A stretch of 64,000 bases of DNA from NCBI GenBank assembly GCA_951406725.2, contig OX597821.1, positions 12,710,001 to 12,774,000 of the forward strand, in the 5' to 3' direction. Of this stretch, positions 53,445 to 64,000 are shown in pieces (position 1 is the first letter of the stretch; the number at the start of each line of letters is the position of its first letter). Position numbers and translations under genes: made by a program. A model generated the notes under the pieces. That model searched no databases. It saw nothing but the letters and a program-made list of their open reading frames with translations, and was not told where the DNA came from. This DNA is from Octopus vulgaris. Taxonomy: Eukaryota.

Positions 53445-56342
53445 TAGTGCTCGGAATTCTGTCTGATTAAATAAACAGCTGATCGTACTTGGAAGGATTT
53501 GCGCCATGAATCAGCTCGATTCGATCTGATGCATGATGAAAGCAACGGCAACAACAGCTGCAACAAGCTCAACTAAACAGCAAATCGATAACAAGAAAAT
53601 GAAGAATAACAACAGTAGCAACAACATGGCTAAACCTACCACTCTTATTGATACCAAAACCTACTTGCCGGTTTGGAGAGGCCAATTTTAGGCTTCCAGG
53701 AAATAAGAACAGTGACAGGGTAACTTACATGAACTGTCTTCATGCGGCAATATTCCCATTTGGCTTAGGGCAGCGATTTGGCAGAAACGTTAGCAGGCCG
53801 GGCAAAATGCTTAGCAATATTTCGACCGTCTTTACGTTTTGAGCTCAAATTCCGCCGAGGTTGACTTTGTTTTTCATCCTTCAGCGATCGAAGATATCAG
53901 TACGAGTTAAACGCTAGATTTGATGTAATCTCCTGTACCCCTCCTATGAAATTGCTGGCTAAAATTCAGAATCACTGATTTCCTCACGTTAAAGCAATTC
54001 ACTTGAATAAGTAGTGACTCGATTCGTAGTAGATCAAAATGACAGCCAACCTTACTAATATCGGCAAGCCTGCGCAGACAGTGGGCACAGATGTCCTTCT
54101 AGAGCAGCCAATTAAAAAAAAAAATTTGCTCTAATTTTACTATTTTCAACGTAAAGTAACATCTAGTAAAGCCAATTTCCTTTATTCATTCTTTTTTTTT
54201 TCTAAACTGCTTTAAATTCATATCTCGTACTTTGTTTTTATTGACCACGTAAGGACTTTAATCGGGATATACGACGTAGAGTTTGAAACCTGACGATTAA
54301 TGCAATGATAAAATATCCCAGCTCCTTGTGCCTGCGGTTGTATCCATTCCGCGAAGGGAGCATTCAAATTGAGAAATGGAGCAGATTGAACCACCCACTT
54401 GATAGTTGTGAGAAATTTACAAACAATTGTGAAACCACAAATAAAATGACAATGTAATTCTCCATATTTTCCATCATCTCCCATTCTTTTGTGCTTAGTT
54501 TATGGTTTTATCATACGTCACATACTGTTTTACTCGCTTTTTCATTTCTGTAGATTTATTATTATTCCTTATTCTGCCATATGATCATTCCAAAAGGAAA
54601 AAAAAAGCGGGAGTAGAAACGAAAGAAAACTAATTTCGACGCCGTAACTCACGTGCGAATTTTTTTGCTATAATTCAGAACTTCACTCGTTTATCAAATA
54701 TTGTTTTGGCAGTTTTCTACGCCAATTCTAGTAAAATTCTATATGGGTTCAGCTGTCATACGTAAGATAAAAATTACAGCAAAAATCGTCTTGGCACAAT
54801 TGGAAATCGTATTTCTAAGCAAGAATAGAAATATTGGTTTCAAATTTTGGCACAAGGCCAGAAATTACGCGGAAGGAACTAAGTTGATTGGATCGATCCC
54901 AGTGTTCAACTGGTACTTATTTCATCGAAGGACGAAAGGAAAAGTCTATTCTGTTAGGTCGCTGCTTTAATCTGAGGAAATCATTGAATTGATGAATATA
55001 GCATAATCACTAATATGAAACTTAAACTTTTAAGATTAAACTTTGATTTTGAAACCATTCCTACAGTCTCCAACAGAGTGAATACGGATTGTGATAGATG
55101 GGTGAAGCGTATATATATTTCATGAAACTAATGCTTTACTTAACTGAGGAGGTTTTATATATTTCTAAACGATACATAAATCAGAAGAGATCTTTGTGTC
55201 ATTTTCAACTAGAATGAAATTGGGATTCGAAACCCAATCCTTGGAATGACACACAACGAGGTTAATGCAAATCAGAGGAAGTGCTGAAACTAGCAATTTA
55301 ACTGTAGTTGCCATAAGATAATTGTTCTCTTCCATAATTTTTGTATTTCTAAATAGAGGAACGAATGCTATAATATTTATTAGTTATACTGTCACCGTGA
55401 AATGCTCTGGATATCAAGTAACATAATTATACACTATGTCAATGTTTATTGCCTTAGATACACGCATTAGGAATAAATAAATATATGAAGAGTCAGTTAA
55501 TGTGTGACCTTTTATAATATGCAACACTAGTGAAGCGTTGCTACCAAAATAGGGTTTTCGTTCTCTATTCCTGAATAAAATAATAGCATAGTTGATGAAT
55601 ATATTTCTACACAACGCTTGTGAATCACAGCGAACATATTCAAAGATCTTAATTAACTAACAATAAGGACGAAACGAGAAATAGTGAAACTGGTTCCGAT
55701 ATCAGAACTCATCTGTAGCTGTTTTGTATACAACCAAATTAGCATTGTATAATTTGTCAGAGGTCCTGTGCATAGTTGCAGTGTTTTGATTATAAATATA
55801 TATATACAACACTAGCAGCATTAGAAATTACCAAAACGAGGAAGCGTTTCCCGACAAATTTTCTCAACCAATCCCTCCCAGATTTATTGATTCAAAGTCG
55901 TAAAAGTACATATAGCTATATGAACAAATAAGGGAGAAACCTTCCAAAATAGCTTTGTGTGGGTATACATATAATTGTATAAGCATATAAAAAGAACCAC
56001 ACACACACAAACCTATATGTGAATATGTGATGTAATTAATATATTGCCTAGTAAAGCGCCACATTCTTTGCCTTGATAAGAGTTCATAATTGTCCGGTAT
56101 CTTCCAATAGTTTAGAACCCCTCACGGGTGCTAAAGGATATGAATGTTATTCCTTACACTTTTGGTAAAAATCAAATGGCTTTCTGCACAATTTCCATAT
56201 CCTAAAATCCACTCCGAAACTATCGCGCAGAAAAGAATTACAAGTGTACAAGTGTAACTGGTGTAGTGAGAAATTACACTTTATGAAGCAATGTTCATTT
56301 ATCAGGTACAGCTATGTCTACAACAGTATTCATACACATATG

Positions 56343-56575
56343 AAGGCGGCGAGCTGGCAGAAAGGTTAGCACGTCGGGCGAAATGCGTCGCCGTATTTCG
56401 TCTGCCGTTATGTTCTGAGTTCAAATTTCGCCGAGGTCGACTTTACCTTTCATACTTCCGGGGTCGATAAATTAAGTACCAGTCACGCACTGGGGTCGTT
56501 CTAATCGACTTAATCCGTTTGTCTGTCCTTGTTTGTCCGCTCAGTGTTTAGCCCCTTGTGGGTAGTAAAGAAATA
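56343..56575 (+). mobile_element. SINE family B, 16-bp TSD
   Basis: agtattcatacacata at 56325-56340 and 56576-56591. Confidence 0.9.
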
Positions 56576-56923
56576 AGTATTCATACACATACAAACTACA
56601 CACACGTACGCGCCTACATATACATATAAATATAAAAGAGACGTGCGTGTGTGTGTAGACCATAACAAGTCGTGAGATGTAAAAGGTGAATATATTTAAC
56701 TACCTGAAATTCGATAAGGTCACCAAACTTCTGATATTTATGGTCTATATACAGCTCACGAAACAATTTCATTGACCGATTGCCCTGGATTTCACCTACA
56801 TAGAACTCCGCATTATAATACTATCTTTTGGATTATTATACGGTATGTTAGTGGGGTGCAGGAGTGGGATTCCTGTAATTGCTAAATTATTTCATGAATC
56901 TATACTGCACTACAAATATATAC

Positions 56924-56989
<66 letters not shown>

Positions 56990-57124
56990 ATAGGTAGATA
57001 GATAGATAGATAGAGATAGAGATATATGAGTGTATGTGTGTCTATACATATATATACTTATCTATATATATGTGCATGTATATGTGTACATGTATGTATA
57101 TAAAAACAAACTGGTGTATGTATG

Positions 57125-57178
<54 letters not shown>

Positions 57179-57485
57179 TAAATTTAAATACAAGTTAAAA
57201 TAATAACCTTAAAATAACCATCCAATGAATTACTGGTTTGTTACCTATTATTTTGTTGTGAATAGTATCATTCCTAAAATAATAGGTTTAAGTATAAATC
57301 TTGGTTTACTGATATTCAAATTAAAATCCCCAAAATTGATAAGTAGGCTTATTATAATTTTATAAATCGAAAAGTAGGCATATTATAATATTATAAATCG
57401 AAACAGCTGTAAGTGAACCTGTTGAATATTTTTACAGTTGATGAATTCTATTAACGCTATTTCTTCATTTTCTGGATTTTAAATT

Positions 57486-57555
<70 letters not shown>

Positions 57556-57788
57556 TAATGTATATATTTAGGTATGTCTTTCTGTCTGTGTTATTTTTCT
57601 AACAGCGCTTGGCAACTGACATTGACATGCTGAAATTTAGCTTTTTCTACGAACAAAGCCGACAGAATTCATACCAGAAAAAAACCTGGGAGCGATTCGC
57701 CTAACTAAAATTCTTCAACACTGACCTCCACAAAGGCATGGTCGCAGTGGAACCATTGGAACAAGTAAAATATTGAAGATAAAAGATC

Positions 57789-57875
<87 letters not shown>

Positions 57876-58226
57876 TGTATGTATGTATGTATATGTGTAT
57901 GTATAGATCTATATATGTCTATATATGTATATATATATATGAGTGTGTGTGTGTGGATGAAATTACATGAACTAAAAAAGCTCTGGGAAATATTTCATAT
58001 ATAGTATTTTCTCGGGGACTTCATATTACTCTGTCGTCTCCCCCGCTCCCTGCAGTTTATATTCTTGTGAAATACATGTAATGGTTTGTATCACATATAC
58101 ACACATTTTGACACATAAACACAAGCATACAATCTACAGTAATGTATACATGTATACACTCACATTTATGAGTATATGTGTTTGAGTGCATATAAGTGTA
58201 CGTGATATCGTGTATACACATATGCA

Positions 58227-58263
<37 letters not shown>

Positions 58264-58267
58264 GTGT

Positions 58268-58572
58268 GGAGGCGCAATGGCCCAGTGATTAGGGCAGCGG
58301 ACTCGCGGTCGTAGGTTCGCTGTTTCGATTCCCAGACCGGGCGTTGTGTGTGTTTATTGAGCGAAAACACCTGAAAGCTCCACGACGCTCCGACAGGGGG
58401 CGGTGATCCCTGCTGTACTCTTTCACCACTCTTTCTCTCACTCTTTCGTCTGTTGGCCTGCTCGCTTAGCCAGCGGGGTGGCGTCATTCGAAGGCTAAAA
58501 CAATGCGAACGCATTGTGACCACCGATGTGTAACAACATCTGATGGTCTCGTCGGTCATATGATCACGTGAT
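58268..58572 (+). mobile_element. SINE family D head with tail 3
   Basis: ggaggcgcaatggcccagtg..gtttcgattccc head; tail ttgtgaccaccgatgtg..gatcacgtga(TA)n. Confidence 0.85.
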
Positions 58573-58631
58573 ATATATACGTATGTATATACGTATGTAT
58601 ATATGAATATATATATTATTTATATTATTAT

Positions 58632-59310
58632 ATGCTTGAACGACACGCATTCATTTCCACGTAAGTTTTATCTTAACAGTTCTGATGCGACATTTTCAAT
58701 TCTATTCTATTATTCTATTACTTTTTCGTTTTCTCTCTTCTTCTCTCTAATTGTTTTTATGTGTCCTTCTCTCCCTCTCGTTTTTCTTTCTTATCCTTTC
58801 TCTAATATTTTCTCTTTCGCCGTTCTCTGTCTGTCACTCTCTCTCTCTCCCTCACTCATCCGTTTTTGTTCTCTCGTGGCTCCCACGTCACCATCGGTCA
58901 TTTTTCTTTCTTACCTTATCTTGTGTTTCTCTCTTTCCTCCTGATACAGCTGGAAGAACCAGACGTATTCTTGTCTGTCTTCTTCTCAAGGTTGCTTCAT
59001 TTAAGCTTAGCAGCCCTTCCCGTTTATTTTCCCTGTCCTGTTTTTGTTACCAATTTTGACCCTCTGCAAAATCCCAAATTTTATTTTATGTGCTTTGCGA
59101 GGGCAACTGCATTATCGCATGCGTATCTTGTGAAATGCTCTAAATGCGGATTAGAAAAAAAGCCAACTGATGAAGGGTCGTCCTTTATTTTCCAATTGTT
59201 TACTTCGTTGTTCCCCAAAAAGTTCATATTCCATATATTCGTATTTATTATTCCATATTATCGTATATTTTGTTGTTTACGTTCTGTGACGTCCTGTGTC
59301 CGCATATGCA
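58632..59310 (+). mobile_element. Family H1 copy 3
   Basis: Collinear with 20143-20835; TA-rich flanks. Confidence 0.75.
59122..59178 (+). ncRNA. Permuted hammerhead, copy 3 (G12 changed to U, stem I shortened on both strands)
   Basis: cgtat-C-ttg tgaaat gctc-tAA-atgcg (15 nt) caa-CTGATGA-agggt. Confidence 0.6.
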
Positions 59311-59376
59311 TATGTATATACATACAGATGTAAGTATGTACATATACGTATGTATATATGCATATATATATACATA

Positions 59377-59434
<58 letters not shown>

Positions 59435-59483
59435 TATATATATACAGACAGACAGACAGATAGATAGACAGATATATAGATAT

Positions 59484-59543
<60 letters not shown>

Positions 59544-60520
59544 GGAACGTAATCGTTGATTTAACAACAGCGACATCAATATTTATTGAGCTGGCTGTTG
59601 ATGTTGTTGCTTTTATTGCTCATGTTGTTCCCTGTCTGTATAATCAAATGTCCTTGTTGCTAAGAACTTTATTACAATAATTTATATTTCAATGATTTAT
59701 AGCCATGCTTGTTTTTAGTGTCGTTGTTACTGATTATTACTGATGATGAGGTTCCGATGATGGTGATGTTAGTGATGATCATTTTTGTAGTTGTTATTAT
59801 TATGGTGATGATGTTGAGCGGCGGAAGATGGTGGGACAACAAAAGGTTGTATAAATGACTGAGTGAGTCTATTGATTTTGTTACCATAACACTTATGAAA
59901 TAATTCTTTTCATCACATTTGGTTCTCTATATAACACTATTTCAATGACAGCACTCGCATATAAGCCGACATATGTACAGACGCAGTTTTGCATATGAAA
60001 GAGTATGGGTATAAATATATATGTATGTGTGCGTACATATATGTTTACGCATGTGTACGTATGAATACACATCGCTTTGGTATAATAATTGTCGAGCTAA
60101 CCACATTTTATAACGAACATCGGTCTTATATGCACATATATGTGCATATATATGTGTGTGTATGCGTGTAGATAGGTGCATATGCATATATGCATATACG
60201 TGTTTGTATGTATGTGTGTGCGTGTTCGTGTGTATAGTATGTTATACTTAGAGGCTGAGACATTTTATGTTGTGACTGAGGGTTTGAATCATCAGACAAT
60301 CATCAGACAAAAGTAGGATTGAACAGTAAAATTGTTTACAAATGTTTGGAAATACTACAGTGGTAATTATTTAATAACTTCTCCAATAAAAACTTAAAAT
60401 TGATCAGACTAGGATTTATCTTTGAAGAAAATGACTGGAAACTGTTGGATGAATATGATTCACCATTAACAAAAGCATATAGGTGAACACCAAATACGAG
60501 AACTTGTTTTTACTCGTAGT

Positions 60521-61015
60521 AAAGGCGGTGAACTGGCAGAATGGTTTACAAATCACACAAAATGCTTTGCAGCATTTCCTCTATCTTTACACCCCGGGAT
60601 CAAATGCTGCCGAGGTTGACTTCGTCTTGCATCCATTTGCTGTCGATGAAAATAAGTGCCAGTTGAATACTGCGTTCGATGTCATCGACTTATCTCTCCC
60701 CCCCCATATCCCAGGCCTTCTCGAGTTTCCCCGCTTTCCTTGGTGTATAGGTTCCCCACCTGGACAGGAGGACGCCGGTCCGTCGCAGGTGAGCTGCAAG
60801 ATGCAAGAGGAAAGAGTGAAAGAAAGTTGTGGCGAAAGAGTCAGCAGACGTTTCGCCATTACCTTCTGCCGAAGCCGCGCGGAGTTTAGGTGTTTCGTTC
60901 ATAAACACACACATGGCCCGGTCTCAGATTCGAACTCGCGATCCCTCGACCGCAAATCTGCTGCTCTAACCACTAGGCCATGTGCCTCCACTGTACCTGT
61001 AGTAGAAAAGATTAT
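60521..61015. mobile_element. Old family-B-related SINE (+) interrupted by a family-D-head SINE with tail 4 (60720-60991, -)
   Basis: Host reads ..caggcctt| and resumes as gtacctgtagtagaaaagatt; insert head ggaggcacatggcctagtgg..gagttcgaatc on the minus strand. Confidence 0.7.
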
Positions 61016-61504
61016 TACTGGTAGTATTAATGGTTTTGAACTCAATCGATTCAGGAGTGGTTTTATTGTGTTCTTCAAGCGTGTAGATTCAAGTATAACT
61101 CTGGATACCAACTATATTTGTGTCAGCCAATTAAGATATACAATACAGCACTTTTGTTTTTGTTTGCTTCACTGCAAGCTTAATGAGAGGTTACATGATA
61201 TTAATAATATTAATAAGAATCCCATGGCGGCAAGCTAGCAGAGTCTTTACCGAAATGCTTAGAGGTATTTCGCCACGTCTTTACGTTCTAAGTTCAAGTT
61301 CCACCGAAATCGACTTTATTTTTCATCGTTTCAGTGTCTACAAGATAAGTTCCATTTGCACATTGGGCTCGACGTAATCGACTTACACCCTCTCGCCAAA
61401 TTTCATGCTTTCTGCCTATAGTAGAAAGGATACTGATAAATATTCTAATCACCCAACTTATATAATTAAAGATTTACTTGCTCATCCGATGAATCAGTCT
61501 CATT

Positions 61505-61557
61505 CTATTAATAGTACACATTTAAATGTGTACTATTAATAGTACACATTTAAATGT
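61505..61557. repeat. Overlapping perfect palindromes (38 and 40 bp)
   Basis: ctattaatagtacacatttaaatgtgtactattaatagtacacatttaaatgt. Confidence 0.95.
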
Positions 61558-61723
61558 TGTGTAATCTGTGGTCAGATTTGTTATCTTGCCGGTGAAATAA
61601 CCAGGGAAGTCTTGTCGCATTAGAACTAGAAATGTCTTGTGGCTTACTTCAACCCTTTGGATTTAAAAACTAATATTGCTTTCTTAAATTTAGAATTTTG
61701 TCATTTTTTGATATGATATACAT

Positions 61724-61898
61724 ACTCTTTTACTCGTTTGTTCTTTTACTTGAATCAGTAATTTGACTGCGGCCATACTGGAGCACCGCCTTTAGTCGAG
61801 CAAATCGACCCCAGAACTTATTCGTTGGAACCCTAGTACTTATTCTATCGGACTCTTTTACGGAACCGCTAAGTTACGGGGACGTAAACACAGGCACA

Positions 61899-61976
<78 letters not shown>

Positions 61977-62139
61977 TACGATGAGCTTCTTTCAGTTTAT
62001 GTCTACCAAATCCACTCACAAGGCATGTCGGACCGAGGTTATAGTAGAAACACTTGCGCAAGGTGCCACGCTGTGGGATTGAACCCGGAACCATGTGGCT
62101 GGTAAGCAAGCTACTTACCACACAGCTACTCCTACGCCT
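61724..62139 (-). mobile_element. SINE family A
   Basis: Reverse complement of the 33735-34135 type, with internal deletion. Confidence 0.85.
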
Positions 62140-62327
62140 ACATATTATATAATATCTAACATAAACTCGAAAGTTAGCTATCCATTCCCTAAGAACTTGC
62201 CCTCGTTTGTTACCCAGCAAAATATTAGCAGACGCAGTAGATCAAAAGGGTTTGATGACAAACTTATATGTAACAATAATGAGGTCATTAACTGTTGCCT
62301 TATTCGCAATTGCCTAATTAAGGGAAG

Positions 62328-62650
62328 TGAAGGTGCGTGGCTTAGTGGATAGGGCATTCGGCTCACGATTGTAAGGTCGTGAGTTCGATTCCAGGCGACG
62401 CGTTGTGTCCTTGAGCAAGACACTTTATTTCATGTTGCTCCAGACCACTCAGCTGGCAAAAATGAGTTGTACCTGTATTTCAAAGGGCCGGTCTTGTCAC
62501 ACTGTGTGTCACGATGAATCTCCCTGGGAACTACGTTAAGGGTACACGTGTCTGTGGAGTGCTCAGCTACTTGCACGGTAATTTCACGAGCAGGCTCTTC
62601 CGTTGATCGTATCAGCTGGGACCCTCGTCGTCGTAACCGACGGAGTGCTC
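62328..62650 (+). mobile_element. SINE family C (tRNA-Arg-like head, CORE-like middle, tail 1)
   Basis: A-box TGGCTTAGTGG, B-box GAGTTCGATTCC, gtgtccttgagcaagacactttatt; 3' half shared with family D tail 1. Confidence 0.85.
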
Positions 62651-64000
62651 CTATCCTAATTAAGGGAATGACTACGGGACTAAGGTCCAGGTTGATAATG
62701 GATCTACATGAAAACTTACACGATTTGCCATGGCGAAAATTATGCATAAACTTTCGTATGATCTCAGCAAAGAAAGTTTGAAATGAAATTGATAAGTGAA
62801 AATAAAAATTCACCGCTCTGTTCAGTTTCATTTTTAAACTACTTGACCAAGAAACAGTATCGGAAAAGGACTTCTGAAAGATGGCACGTTTCATTACTAG
62901 AACCTTCTACGATAGGAGGGGAAAGTGGTAGAAGTAGTAATAGTAGAGGTGGTGTTGGTGGTGGTGGTGGTAGAAGAAAATAAAGAGCAGATGTAGAAGA
63001 TGATGACTGTGACGTAGTGACAACGACCACGACCACGACGACAGCGATGACGATAATGATGATGCACAAAAACAAAAACAAAAACAAAAACAAAAACAAA
63101 AAAAAATAACACAACTGCGCCAATGTCAGATGTTCGGAAGTAGGCAGTATAACAAGCTGTTATTATGAGCCAGCTGTATAAATCATGAAATCAATCACAG
63201 ATCTCCTATAAGAAAAACAAAATTACCAAATACTGGAAGAAGGATGAAAGCAAACGTCTGCTCCGATGGGATTTGAGATTTGAGCTCATATCCAAGGGAA
63301 AAGAAACTAAATATTACCGAGCCTTTAGTATTCATTTTTTTGGCATCCATTTTCTTTTCTTATGTGTTCCTGAGTTTCTTTTGATTCGGAAATCATTTGT
63401 ATGTTCTTTTTGGGCTGTTGCATCTTTTACCGTTGTTGTTTTTGTTGTCATTATTATTGTTGTTGATGTTGTTTTTGTTGTAGTCTTGTTAGGCCTATAC
63501 ACATCAACAGTTAATCCACAATCAATCCCGGCATTCCCTCGTGTTGCACAATGGCTTGAATCAGGAATGTAACTGGTTGATTAGATTCTTCTTTCGTCTT
63601 TCTTCTTTCTTCTTTCCTCTTTCTTGCGTTGTTGTTAGTTAGTTAGTTATTGTATTTCCATGCTAGTGTTGTAATATTACTGATCCATTTCAAAAGGCTA
63701 ATAGAACTACACAAGTACACAAACACACAAACGAACACAGAATGACACACAGACAGACGTTCTCATATTAAGGTGAATTATTTGAAGTCGTGTCAAGATG
63801 CTTTGCAGCGTGTTGTTGGTGTAGTATCAATATGAAAATTTAGATTGTTCCGAGTGGAATTGCATATAAACGGATTCTTCAATTTACTCTCAGAACTACC
63901 ATTAACTACTGCTTCAACAGCAACAGTCGCAACAACAACATCAGCAATAACGAACAGTACACTAACAAGACAAAAGAGTGAATTCAATGAAACAATACCT

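Noticed and set aside
58268-58345. tRNA-Arg gene (also 62328-62400)
   Set aside because: A and B boxes are present, but there is no proper acceptor stem and the sequence continues into SINE bodies.
60483-61238. 251-aa ORF
   Set aside because: Runs through two nested SINEs; a chance open frame.

Overview
AT-rich, microsatellite-saturated eukaryotic DNA with no recognisable host gene. The SINE families resemble those described from octopod cephalopods (inference). Almost all ORF-track entries are translations of (TA)n, (CA)n, (CATA)n or (TAT)n runs. Recognisable content: about 25 tRNA-derived SINE copies in four modular families (several with clean TSDs), four decayed mariner elements, two Tc1/mariner-type MITEs, a decayed piggyBac transposase, a non-autonomous Helitron, and the 3' end of a CR1-group LINE whose tail matches one SINE family. 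The most notable signal is a set of non-coding islands, most of them bounded by (TA)n, that carry hammerhead-ribozyme cores. Two apparently unrelated families (three copies at ~20.6, 24.5 and 59.1 kb; one copy at ~31.8 kb) have the three core strands in a non-circularly permuted, pseudoknotted order, with compensatory changes between copies. Several minimal hammerheads with palindromic stem III are also present, as are repeated fold-back duplications at (TA)n tracts. All alignments and folds were done by eye.
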